52,369 nt of DNA from NCBI GenBank assembly GCA_046085905.1, contig JBJSWO010000042.1:1-52369 (forward strand), in the 5' to 3' direction. This DNA comes from Actinomycetes bacterium. GTDB taxonomy: Bacteria; Actinomycetota; Actinomycetes; S36-B12. The position numbers and the translations under genes are program-made. The notes under the pieces are model-generated. The model was not told the origin of the DNA. It worked only from the letters and a program-made list of their open reading frames with translations, and searched no databases. Below, in pieces: positions 1-9,800 of this stretch; position 1 is the first letter of the stretch, and every line of letters begins with the position of its first letter.

Positions 1-1223
1 GCGTCTACTCCGACGAGGACAAGATCGACGGACGAGGCAGCCACTTCGAGCTCTACTGCAAGCCCGACTTCTCCCCCGAGCTGCTGCTCACCCAGATGTA
101 CCTGTGCCACTTCACGATCTTCAAACGCGATCTCGTGAACAACGTGGGCGGACTGCGCACCGAGATGGACGGCGGCCAGGACTTCGACCTCGCCCTGCGA
201 CTGCTGCCGAGCCTCACGAACGTGATCCATATTCCTCAGCCGCTCTATCACTGGCGAGCGTGGAGCGAGTCGACTGCGCTCACCATTGATGCGAAGCCCT
301 GGGCGCAGGATGCCGCCGCACGCGCGCAGACCAGCCACATCGAGCGCACCTTCGGCGGTGGCACTGTCGCCCCGAGCCGCATTCAGGGCCTGAATGAGGT
401 GCACCCCCGGATCACGAAGCCAGCGAAGGTCTCGGTGATCATCCCGACCATCGGCACGATGAACGACAAGGGCAATGCCCGCTTCATCGACGACTGCGTC
501 GCCAGCCTGCGCAAGCACGAGGCCACCACTCAGTTGGAGATCGTCGTGGTCACCACCGGCACCATCGACCCGATCACCGCACTCACTGATGCCGATCGCA
601 CGGTGGTCTACGAGACGAGCGACTTCAACTTCGCCGAGGCCATCAACCTCGGTCGTGCCCATTCCAGCGGCGACTACCTCCTGATCCTCAACGACGACAC
701 CACCGTGGCCGAAGATGACCCGATCACCCGCATGCTCGAGATCGGCCAGATCGACGAGGTCGGCATCGTGGGCGCGAAGCTCACCTACCCCGATGGCCGA
801 CTGCAGCACGTGGGCATGGTCATGCTGCCCGGCGGGCCGACTCATTGCTGGATCGCCAAGCCGGGCAAGGAGCCCGGCTACTTCGGCTCAACTCTCACTC
901 CGCGCAACTACTCGGCCATCACTGCCGCGGCGATGCTGACCCGCACGAGTGTCTTCGACGAGCTCGGTGGCTTCGACACCGCCTTCGCCCGTGACTTCAA
1001 TGACGTCGACTACTGCTTCCGTGCCCGCAAGGCGGGGCATCGCGTCGCCTGGACTCCCTACGCCCACTTCACCCACTACGAGGGTGCGAGCATCGTGCGG
1101 AAGAAGGCCGACCCCGCCGAGAGCGCCCTGTTCCATCAGCGCTGGGATGCCGACTACCGCGTGGATCCCTTCTACTCACCCGCCCTGAACCAGAATCTGC
1201 TTCGTATCTACGAAGCGCTGTAG
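1..1223 (+). CDS. Two-domain family-2 (GT-A) glycosyltransferase, 5' end cut by window edge
   Basis: Frame 3 is open from nt 3 (VYSDEDKIDGRGSHFELYCKPDFSPELL..., the usual tail of a GT2 catalytic domain). A second GT2 domain follows (KVSVIIPT...GDYLLILNDDT...). Stop at 1221-1223. The listed ORF 96..1223 is only the part after the first in-frame Met. Confidence 0.8.
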   Translation, partial: VYSDEDKIDGRGSHFELYCKPDFSPELLLTQMYLCHFTIFKRDLVNNVGGLRTEMDGGQDFDLALRLLPSLTNVIHIPQPLYHWRAWSESTALTIDAKPWAQDAAARAQTSHIERTFGGGTVAPSRIQGLNEVHPRITKPAKVSVIIPTIGTMNDKGNARFIDDCVASLRKHEATTQLEIVVVTTGTIDPITALTDADRTVVYETSDFNFAEAINLGRAHSSGDYLLILNDDTTVAEDDPITRMLEIGQIDEVGIVGAKLTYPDGRLQHVGMVMLPGGPTHCWIAKPGKEPGYFGSTLTPRNYSAITAAAMLTRTSVFDELGGFDTAFARDFNDVDYCFRARKAGHRVAWTPYAHFTHYEGASIVRKKADPAESALFHQRWDADYRVDPFYSPALNQNLLRIYEAL

Positions 1224-1226
1224 GAG

Positions 1227-2915
1227 TTGAGCATGGAAACCTTCAAGTCGCCCCGCGGCCGCGTATTGCGCGCCTATGGCGACCTCAGCCTGCTCACGAT
1301 GGATCGCATGACGGTCTTCGGTGATCGCATCGACTCCGACCCGCGCATCGTCAGCCTGAGCCTCACGCCCAGCCCGACCACCGCGGGCAGCTGGTTGCGC
1401 TCGACGATGCCTGCTGGCTCCGTTATCGTGATCGCCCAGGATGCCTGCGATCTCGTCGGCGAGCCGAGTGATGACTCCGCCGAGGCATTGCAGGCCTGGT
1501 GCGCCAGCGCCGCCGAGCGCGGTCTCTGGCATGACTGGTATCTCACGAACCACAAGGACGTTCTCAAGGCCGCCCCGCTACTGACCCCGGCCGAGATGGA
1601 TTCCCGCGAGAACAATGACCCGAGCAGCGCTCACTTCTATGCGAAGAACGAGGCGCGCAAGGCCGGAGGCAAGCTGCGCATCGCTGTTGATGTCACCTGG
1701 CTGGGCCCCTACGAGACTGGCGCGCAGGTTCTCACCACCGCCGCGATCAATGCGCTGGCTCAGGACGATCGCGTCGGCGAGCTGATCCTCATCGGCCTGG
1801 CCGAGTTGCCCGGCTATGCCGAGTTCCTCGACACGTATACCCATGTGCGCATCACCGACAGTAGTGACGAGTCACTTCCCGCCGACATCGTCTGGTACCC
1901 CAACCAGATCGACGGGCGCAGCAACATCGCCGATGCCCGCCTGCTCGGTCGCCGCGTGGTCACCACCTATCTCGACCTCATCGCTTATGACATCCCGCGC
2001 TATCACGGCTCGAGCGAGGGCTGGGCGGCCTACCGCAGCCTGCAGCGAAAGATCGCGCTCAGTGTCGATGGAGTGACCACCATCAGTGCCGATGTCGCCG
2101 ATCAGCTGAAGCATGAGGTCCCTCTGCTCGAGGCCGAAAGAGTCCAGGCACTGCCCCTCGGCCTCGATCACATCACGGCTGCCCAGGCTCCCGAGCAGCC
2201 CGATGAGGATCTCGCCGATGTCGTGAAGGCGCTCGCGGGCAAGCGCTTCATCGCCGTGCTGGGCAATGACTTCGTGCACAAGAACCGCGACTTCGCGATT
2301 GCCGTCTGGCAGAAGGTGCTGCGCAACGGAGAGTCATGCGATCTCGTGCTGGCCGGCCTGCACGTGAAGAGCAGCAGCTCGAAGGAGCAGGAGTCAACGC
2401 TGCTCAAGAATCACACCGACCTGCGCGGCAGAGTTCATTCTGTTGGCCATGTGAGCAGCACTAGCCGTGCGTGGCTGCTCAATAACGCCGGCGTCGTGCT
2501 CTACCCGAGCAGTGCCGAGGGCTTCGGCTTCGTTCCCTACGAGGCTGCTGCTCTAGGGACTCCCAGCACCTTCACGAACTTCGGCCCGCTTAAGGAGATT
2601 GCCCAGCTCACCGATCTGCCGAAGACCTGGAGCATCGAGGCTCACGCCGTGGACGTCGCGAGACTCCTCACCGACGAAAACGCGGCCAACCAACGAGTCG
2701 CCGCCCTGGGCGAGGCCATCCGCTTCTACACCTGGCAGCGCTTCGCCGATGGCCTGGTCGAGTTCTTCCAGCGCATCGCGCAGGAGGCTCCGATCGCGAG
2801 CAGCGCGGTCGCCGGCAGCAACGACGCTGCAGCTCTTGCTGCGGTTCTCGGCAGTCGTTCCTACCGAGCCCTCGAGCCCGCGCGAAAGCTCGCAGGGAAG
2901 ATCCGCAGGAAGTAG
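1227..2915 (+). CDS. GT4-family (GT-B) glycosyltransferase with ~150-aa N-terminal extension of unknown function
   Basis: 562-aa ORF starting 4 nt after the previous stop. C-terminal retaining-GT motif LYPSSAEGFGFVPYEAAALGTPS. GT-B N-lobe begins around LRIAVDVTWLGPYETGAQ. The first ~150 aa have no motif I recognise. Confidence 0.7.
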   Translation: MSMETFKSPRGRVLRAYGDLSLLTMDRMTVFGDRIDSDPRIVSLSLTPSPTTAGSWLRSTMPAGSVIVIAQDACDLVGEPSDDSAEALQAWCASAAERGLWHDWYLTNHKDVLKAAPLLTPAEMDSRENNDPSSAHFYAKNEARKAGGKLRIAVDVTWLGPYETGAQVLTTAAINALAQDDRVGELILIGLAELPGYAEFLDTYTHVRITDSSDESLPADIVWYPNQIDGRSNIADARLLGRRVVTTYLDLIAYDIPRYHGSSEGWAAYRSLQRKIALSVDGVTTISADVADQLKHEVPLLEAERVQALPLGLDHITAAQAPEQPDEDLADVVKALAGKRFIAVLGNDFVHKNRDFAIAVWQKVLRNGESCDLVLAGLHVKSSSSKEQESTLLKNHTDLRGRVHSVGHVSSTSRAWLLNNAGVVLYPSSAEGFGFVPYEAAALGTPSTFTNFGPLKEIAQLTDLPKTWSIEAHAVDVARLLTDENAANQRVAALGEAIRFYTWQRFADGLVEFFQRIAQEAPIASSAVAGSNDAAALAAVLGSRSYRALEPARKLAGKIRRK

Positions 2916-2990
2916 AAGTATCTGCAGCAGCGACCAGGGTTGAAGGTTGCAGTGGGCGGCAAAGGCCGCAGCAGTAACACGTGAATGTAA

Positions 2991-3013
2991 TCGAAGCGCG
3001 ACTAGCGCTTCGA
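2991..3013. terminator. Candidate bidirectional hairpin between convergent genes
   Basis: Perfect 9-bp inverted repeat TCGAAGCGC-gacta-GCGCTTCGA. It lies between the + gene ending at 2915 and the - strand rmlA, and its loop is the rmlA stop codon (cta, 3002-3004). No clear U-tract. Confidence 0.3.
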
Positions 3014-3865
3014 CAGCGCCATCAAGTACTCGCCATATCCGCTCTTGAGCAGTGGCTCAGCCAGTGTCGCCAGTTCAGCCGAGGTAATCCAGCCATTGCG
3101 CCATGCGGCTTCCTCGCAGCAACCGACCTTTGTGCCGGTGCGATCCTCCATCACACGCACGAACTCGCCTGCATCCTGCAGTGAGCGGAACGTGCCGGTA
3201 TCGAGCCAGGCAGTGCCTCGCTCGAGCACGGTCACGGTGAGCTTGCCCTGCGAGAGGTAGTGATCGTTGACTGCGGTGATCTCGAGCTCACCGCGCGCTG
3301 ACGGCTTGATTGCTTTCGCCACCTCGACGACTGACGCGTCATAGAAGTAGAGACCGGGAACCGCGTAGTTGCTCTTCGGTGCCTTTGGCTTCTCCTCGAT
3401 TGAGATCGCAACGCCATTCGCGTCGAATTCGACAACGCCGTATTCGGTCGGATTCGCGACCTCGTAGGCGAAGACGTGCGCGCCATCCTGGTTCGTCAGG
3501 GCTGAGAGGTGCTTGCCCATCGAGGGGCCGTAGAACATGTTGTCGCCGAGAATGAGCGCTGCCTGATCACCGGCGAGAAATTCCTCGGCGATGATGAACG
3601 CCTGGGCCAGGCCCTCGGGCTTCGGCTGAACTGCGTACTGAAGTGTCATCCCCCATGCGGAACCGTCACCGAGCAGTCGCGAGAACGACTCGGAATCCTC
3701 GGGGGTCGTGATGAGCAGGATCTCGCGCAGCCCGGCGCTCATCAGCGTCTCGAGCGGGTAGTGGATCATCGGCTTGTCGTAGACAGGCAGCAACTGCTTG
3801 CTGACGCCCTTGGTGATCGGCCACAGACGACTGCCGGTTCCCCCGGCCAGGATGATCCCCTTCAT
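3002..3865 (-). CDS. rmlA: Glucose-1-phosphate thymidylyltransferase
   Basis: [38 protein letters not shown]... is the canonical RmlA/RfbA N-terminus, with full-length collinearity (...[23 protein letters not shown]...). I start at the internal ATG 3865 (Met25 of the 311-aa ORF), 10 nt after the upstream stop. This gives 287 aa. Confidence 0.9.
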   Translation of the reverse strand: MKGIILAGGTGSRLWPITKGVSKQLLPVYDKPMIHYPLETLMSAGLREILLITTPEDSESFSRLLGDGSAWGMTLQYAVQPKPEGLAQAFIIAEEFLAGDQAALILGDNMFYGPSMGKHLSALTNQDGAHVFAYEVANPTEYGVVEFDANGVAISIEEKPKAPKSNYAVPGLYFYDASVVEVAKAIKPSARGELEITAVNDHYLSQGKLTVTVLERGTAWLDTGTFRSLQDAGEFVRVMEDRTGTKVGCCEEAAWRNGWITSAELATLAEPLLKSGYGEYLMALSKR

Positions 3866-3875
3866 TGGCCGAACG

Positions 3876-4748
3876 TTACCGACTGCCGCGGGGGAAGAGA
3901 CCGCGAACGCTGCCCTTGGCCTTCGCCCAGCGGTCATCCTCGACCGTGACGGCCAGGGCGGTATTCATCGCCAGGCGGCGCAAGGTGCGAAAAGCGTGGG
4001 TGGGTGACTCGGCCAACTCGCCGGGGGCGAGGCGTAGGCGATTGCGCACCATCGACTCGCGGCGCTCAGGGGAGTGACCGGTCGAGACCACCTCGCGGCC
4101 GAGAATCCTCACCGAACGAGCGTGGGTGCCCAGGGTGTGGGCCAGGCGCACATCGGGAGCCACGATCACGGAGTAACCCGCCTTGCGCAGGGCCAGGCAG
4201 GCCCCGGAGTCGACCCCATCGATGCCGAGGCGCTCATCGAAACCGCCGACCTCGGTCAAGGCCGCGACCGACCACAGTGACCCGGTCTGGAAGACCTCCT
4301 CGGTGACCGAAAAGCCCTGCTCAGAGCGGGTGGGATAGCCCAGATCGCCACTTCCGTCGCCGATCACGCCGGCCCCGATCACGCCCGGTCGCAGGGCCGA
4401 CGGATCGCTCCAGAGCCCCGATTCGGCCGGCGCAGCCGCCAGCAGGGCCTCCACGTAACCCGAGGGCAGAGCGGAGTCCTGATCCACTGTCAGCAGCCAA
4501 GTGGCACCTTGCTCCCGGGCGAAGGACAGGCCCTCGTTCAGCCCGCGGGCAATGCCGGCATTTCGAGGGTGCCGCACGACGGGAACTCCGCGGCTAACCA
4601 CCGAGCGAAGTACGTGGTCAGCGGTGCACGGGCTCGCATCATCGGTGACCAGCACCGGGATGCCGGCAGTGCTCAGGCTGTCGAGCAGGGCGAGCAGGGC
4701 TGACTCCTCCGGTCGGTAGACCGGGATCACTGCCGCGACGCTGCTCAC
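3876..4748 (-). CDS. Family-2 glycosyltransferase (rhamnosyltransferase-like)
   Basis: [21 protein letters not shown]...VLVTDDASP and ...LLTVDQDS... are GT2 DxD-type motifs. GTG start at 4748. Forms an operon with rmlA. Confidence 0.75.
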   Translation of the reverse strand: MSSVAAVIPVYRPEESALLALLDSLSTAGIPVLVTDDASPCTADHVLRSVVSRGVPVVRHPRNAGIARGLNEGLSFAREQGATWLLTVDQDSALPSGYVEALLAAAPAESGLWSDPSALRPGVIGAGVIGDGSGDLGYPTRSEQGFSVTEEVFQTGSLWSVAALTEVGGFDERLGIDGVDSGACLALRKAGYSVIVAPDVRLAHTLGTHARSVRILGREVVSTGHSPERRESMVRNRLRLAPGELAESPTHAFRTLRRLAMNTALAVTVEDDRWAKAKGSVRGLFPRGSR

Positions 4749-4838
4749 GCTCCCGAGTGTAGGGCGAGGGAGCGATAGGCTTCACCCGCAGTTATCCACA
4801 GGCGAGAAGAGCCGTGGATCGCGGATTCTGGAGGAAAA
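4749..4838. promoter_or_regulatory. Divergent intergenic region, presumed promoter zone for the long + strand operon (gmd onward) and for the GT2-rmlA pair
   Basis: 90-nt non-coding gap between divergent starts (4748 on -, 4839 on +). GGAGGA at 4830-4835 lies just upstream of the gmd GTG. No -10/-35 elements could be assigned with confidence. Confidence 0.3.
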
Positions 4839-5843
4839 GTGGCGGAGACGAAGCGCGCCTTCATCACCGGTGTCACCGGTCAGGACGGCTCGTACATGGC
4901 CGGCCAGCTGCTCGAGAAGGGCTACGAGGTCCACGGCCTCGTGCGCCGCTCCTCCACCTTCAACCGCAGCCGCATCGATCATCTGCACCACGACGAGCAC
5001 ATCCCGGGCCGCAACCTGCACCTGCACTACGGCGATGTCACCGACGCCGCTCGCATGCAGCAGCTGATCCGCGAGCTTCAGCCCCACGAGGTCTACAACC
5101 TGGCCGCCCAGTCGCACGTGCGCGTGAGCTTCGACGAGCCGCTGTACACCGCAGAGGCCACAGGCGTGAGCACCCTGAACCTGCTCGAGGCGATCCGCAC
5201 CACCGACACGAGCATCCGCTTCTACCAGGCCTCGACCTCCGAGATGTTCGGTGCGAGCCCGCCCCCGCAGAACGAGGAGACCCCGTTCTACCCGCGCAGC
5301 CCCTATGGTGCCGCGAAGGTCTACAGCTACTGGATCACCAAGAACTACCGCGAGGCATACGAAATGTTCGCGGTCAACGGTCAGCTCTTCAACCACGAGT
5401 CACCGCGTCGTGGCGAGACCTTCGTGACGCGCAAGATCACCCTCGCTGTGGCCAACATCGTCAAGGGCAATCAGAGCGAGCTCTGGATGGGCAACCTCGA
5501 TTCCATCCGCGACTGGGGCTACGCGCCCGAGTACACCGATGGCATGTGGCGCATGCTGCAGGCTGATGAGCCCGACGACTTCGTGCTCGCGACCGGCACG
5601 GCCTACACGATCAAGGACTTCCTCACTCTTGCCTTCGAGCATGCGGGCCTCGAGTGGGAGAAGTACGTGCGCTTTGATCCCAAGTTCCTGCGCCCCACCG
5701 AGGTTGACGAGCTCATTGGCGATGCCGGCAAGGCCAAGGCCAAGCTCGGCTGGGAAGCAAAGGTGCATCCGCCGGAGCTCGCACGCATCATGGTAGACGC
5801 CGACATCGCCCGTCTCGAGGGTGCAAAGGAAGGACAGTTCTAA
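4839..5843 (+). CDS. gmd: GDP-mannose 4,6-dehydratase
   Basis: [45 protein letters not shown], catalytic QASTSEMFG and SPYGAAKVY, and [19 protein letters not shown] are all Gmd hallmarks. Confidence 0.92.
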   Translation: MAETKRAFITGVTGQDGSYMAGQLLEKGYEVHGLVRRSSTFNRSRIDHLHHDEHIPGRNLHLHYGDVTDAARMQQLIRELQPHEVYNLAAQSHVRVSFDEPLYTAEATGVSTLNLLEAIRTTDTSIRFYQASTSEMFGASPPPQNEETPFYPRSPYGAAKVYSYWITKNYREAYEMFAVNGQLFNHESPRRGETFVTRKITLAVANIVKGNQSELWMGNLDSIRDWGYAPEYTDGMWRMLQADEPDDFVLATGTAYTIKDFLTLAFEHAGLEWEKYVRFDPKFLRPTEVDELIGDAGKAKAKLGWEAKVHPPELARIMVDADIARLEGAKEGQF

Positions 5844-5859
5844 GGAACTGCAACGCCAT

Positions 5860-6840
5860 ATGACAACTGCTCTCATCACGGGCGCATCCGGCCAGGACGG
5901 CACGATCCTGTCTCGCATGCTCATTCGCGAGGGCGTCAGCGTGGTCGGACTAGTCAAGCCGGGTACTGATACGTCGCACCTGATTCGCTATGCACCCCAG
6001 ATCAAGATCGTGGAATGCGATCTGGGGGATTCCGCAGGTCTCACTCAGATCGCGATCGACGCGGCCCCCGATCTCATCTACAACCTCGGCGGATTCACTG
6101 CGCCGGGTGACTCCTGGGATCACCAGGATGAGGTTCGTCGCATCAACGTCGGCGCGGTTGAGGCATTGCTGAATGCGATGCGGAAGCTGCCGAAGCAGGC
6201 GCGAATGTTCCAGGCCTCTTCCGCGCTTGTCTTCGAAGGCGTCGATCGCTCGCCACAGACCGAGGCGATGGAAACCGGGCCGAAGAGCCCGTATGCAAAG
6301 TCCAAGGCGGATGCGATGGCACTCGTGCGCGAGGCACGCGAGAACGACGGGCTCTTCGCCGTCTCCGGTGTCTTCTACAACCACGAGTCGCCGCTGCGCG
6401 GCCCGAACTTCGTCACTCGCAAGATCAGCATGGCGGTGGCCAAGATTGCGGCAGGGCAGCAGAAGGTGCTCGAGCTCGGTGACATCGAGGTCGCACGCGA
6501 CTGGGGCTGGGCACCCGACTACGTCGCGGCCGCGAAGCTCATGCTCGAAGCCGACGAGCCGAGTGACTACCTGCTGGCGACCGGCATCTCGCACCGACTC
6601 TCGTACTTCATCACCAAGGCCTTCCAGGCAGCTGGTATTGCTGACTGGTCTGACCTCGTCGTGAGCACGAGCGACAACGCTCGCCAGGCCGACACCAACC
6701 TGCTAGTCGGCGAGAGCAAGAAGGCCTACACGAACCTCGGCTGGCGGCACACGGTCGACTTCGACTCGATGGCCCAGCGCATGGTCGAGTATGACATGGC
6801 ACTGTTGAAGGACCCCGAACTCCTCTGGCTGGATTTCTGA
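5860..6840 (+). CDS. rmd: Gmd paralogue lacking the dehydratase Glu; probable GDP-4-dehydro-6-deoxy-D-mannose reductase
   Basis: ALITGASGQDGTILSRML..., SPYAKSKAD (YxxxK) and FYNHESPLRGPNFVTRKIS show a Gmd-like SDR. The Gmd TSE catalytic triplet reads SAL (QASSALVFEG versus QASTSEMFG in the upstream gene). Start moved to ATG 5860 to avoid overlap with gmd. Confidence 0.6.
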   Translation: MTTALITGASGQDGTILSRMLIREGVSVVGLVKPGTDTSHLIRYAPQIKIVECDLGDSAGLTQIAIDAAPDLIYNLGGFTAPGDSWDHQDEVRRINVGAVEALLNAMRKLPKQARMFQASSALVFEGVDRSPQTEAMETGPKSPYAKSKADAMALVREARENDGLFAVSGVFYNHESPLRGPNFVTRKISMAVAKIAAGQQKVLELGDIEVARDWGWAPDYVAAAKLMLEADEPSDYLLATGISHRLSYFITKAFQAAGIADWSDLVVSTSDNARQADTNLLVGESKKAYTNLGWRHTVDFDSMAQRMVEYDMALLKDPELLWLDF

Positions 6841-6853
6841 GCCGGTCGCGCTG

Positions 6854-9800
6854 ATGACTTCCCCGACTCCCGCGCAGAACGACTCCGAGAGCCCCTCGCC
6901 GTCTACCCTGAATCCCGTGCAGCAGAAGGTCTCCTATGCCCAGAACGCGGAGGACATCCGCGTCTGGCGTGCCTTCCATGAGGGAATCCAGGAGTCTGCC
7001 GCCGATCGCCGACTTACCTATGTGGATGTCGGCGCCAATGAGCCGCGACACCTCTCGATCACCGCGAGCCTGTACGACCTCGGCTGGCGCGGTCTCTTGA
7101 TCGAGGCCGATCCGCAATTGGCGCATGAGCTTCGGCGCTTTCGCCCGCACGACATCGTCGTCGAGATGGCGGCGGCGAGCGGCCCGGGCGAGCTGACCTT
7201 CTACCGCGTGCCGGGCACGGGCCTCGGAACCCTCGATGCCGAGGAGGCCGGTGCCGCGCGCTCACGTGGGTTCGAGGTTCTCACTCACACAGTGCCCACC
7301 GACTCACTCGACTCGATCCTCGACAGGCACGAGATCGCGACCATTCACTTCATGTCGATCGACGTGGAGGGTGCCGAGGCGATCGTCCTGCAAGGTCTTT
7401 CGCTCGCCAAGCAGCGCCCGTGGGTGATCTGCATCGAGGCCGTGTATCCGGGCACGAGCGAGCCGAGTCACGGCGAATGGGAGCAGGCCTTCCTCGAGAA
7501 CGACTACCTCCTGGCGACCTTCGACGGCATCAACCGGTGGTACGTAGCCAAGGAGCACGCCGAACTGCTCGCCAAGGTGAGCCTCGGACTGAACACCCTC
7601 GACATCGGGGTTCATGGTTGGGTTCAGGAACCCGCGGCGCAGATGCAGCAGGCGAATGCTGCGGCTTACGCCAAGAACGCCTGGCAGCGTGAATTGATTC
7701 TCAACGACGTCAAGAACGCCGTGCCGACTGCCGAGTACGAGAAGCAGATCCACGAACTGCGCACCGCCCTGGCGAGCGTCGAGGGATCACGCAGCTGGAA
7801 GTACTCGCGCAAGGCCGGCAAGGCGGCGCGCATCGCCCAGCACAAGGCACGCGTAGCAGTCACGAAGATGCCCGGCCCGATCCAGAAGTCAGTGATTCGC
7901 TCGAGGCATCTCAAGCACGTCAACGCGAACATCGGTCAATTGATCGATCCGGCGTACCTTGGCAATGCGCCCGCAGAGTCGGTCGACTGGATCTCGCCCG
8001 AGAACATGCCGACGCTTCCTCCGGCAGGCTTGTCGCTCTCGGGCCTCACTCGCGAAGACCAGCAGCTGATGCGCGAGTGGCTCGCTGCCGGCCCTTACGA
8101 CACCGATGCGCTGCTCGAAAAGCGCACTGACAATCACGACGATGAGCTCGGCCGAGTCATTGCGGCTCTTCGCCTGCGTCTCGCTCTGGCCTCCAAGCCG
8201 AATGTTCCGGTCGTAGCGCCCGGTGCGAAGGTGCTCTTCGATGCGCGCAGTCTTCAGACGGCGGCCTTCGGCACTCGAGGCATCGGTCGTTTCGCGAGAA
8301 GTGCTCTCGAGGGCGCTCGGGCGACGCTTGGTGATGACAAGCTCGTGTTACTCGTCGACAACGCACTCGAAATCCTTCCGGCCGATCTCGCAGGTGCTTG
8401 CGAGCAGATCACCCGAGTGACCGAGAAGACCGCCCCGCAGTACTCGGTCCTCATTCAGCCGTCGCCGATGACGGCGCAGGCGACACCGCTCGTGCCCCTC
8501 TTGCACACCGATGCGCACAAGATCGCGATCGTCTTCGACTTCATCCCGATGCACTACCCGAGCGTGTACCTGCGTCATGCGGGAGCGCGCGCGGAGTACG
8601 CGGCAGCCCTTGATGCCCTTGCTCTGTATGACGAATTCGTCTGCATCTCGCACATGGTGAAGGCCGAGCTCGTGAAGGTCCTCGGTCGCACTCCGGCGCT
8701 CACCTCGGTCGCCTGGCCGGAGAGTGTCGGGCTCACCGGGAAGCCGCGCCCTGGTACCCCTGACGGCCCGATCGTGATCATGACCGGTGACGAAGGCCGC
8801 AAGAACACCTACGGTGCCCTGGCCGCGGTGGCTGTCGCGACGGCAGGAATCGACGACGACCGAAATGTGCTCGTGATCGGCATGGCCGGTCAGGAGACCC
8901 GCGTGCACCACTGGAGCATCCATGCCGCGATGCGCCCGGGCGAGGCCGTGACCGCGGGGCGCCTCACCGACCAGGAGATGACCGAGGCCCTGCGTACCGC
9001 CTCGGTCGTGCTGGTGCCGAGCTTCGACGAGGGACTCTCCCTGCCGGTGATCGAGGCCATTGCCGCCGGCGCGAATGTCGTGGCCTCGGATATTCCGGCT
9101 CACCGTGAGCTGATCGGGAGTGGCTCCCACCTTGTCGACCCGAAAAACCTGAAGTCCTTCGCCCGTACGATTCGCAAGTACGCCAGCACCAGGCGAGCGT
9201 TTCCCCAGCAATCGCAACGACTTCTCGCTCACCAGCACGAGTCGCTGGAAGCCACGATCGGGCGTAGTGCGCTCGCGCACCTCGGAAAGACAGCCGTGGG
9301 CATTCCCGATTCGCATGCCTACATTGCCCCGTCCTCCTTCTCCGTGGGCCTCGCGACCCCGTGGTCACCGCAGAAGTCAGGCATAGCTGACTTCAGCGCC
9401 ACTGTCGGTCGCGAACTCGCGAAGCTGTGTGACCTCACGGTCTACACGACCGCCGATGCGCGAGTCGATCAGCACATCAAGAGCGGCACCATCGATTCCG
9501 TGCTCGCAAGCGGGGCCGATCACGACTCCTTCGTCAGCGTCATCGGCAACAGTCATTTCCACGTACCGTTCATCGAGGTCATGAAGACCGTTGACTCGGT
9601 CGCCGTGGCGCATGACACGCGCATGATCGAGTTCTACGCAGCACTTCGCGGTCGGGGTGGTGTCGAGCAGTTGATGCTGCGCGGTCAGCGCCAGCGTGTG
9701 CTCTCGCCGAGTTTCGAGGAGCAGCTGGATGACATGCGCCTGCTGCAGAATGCCGGGCTCTGGGAGATCGCTCGCCAATCGAGAATGCTCATCATGCATT

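Noticed and set aside
3866-3937. 24-aa N-terminal extension of the rmlA ORF
   Set aside because: It would overlap the upstream GT2 gene end. RmlA proteins begin at MKGIILAGG.
4814-5566. Plus-strand 250-aa ORF in an alternative frame of gmd
   Set aside because: It is Arg/Pro/His-rich nonsense overlapping the unmistakable gmd frame.
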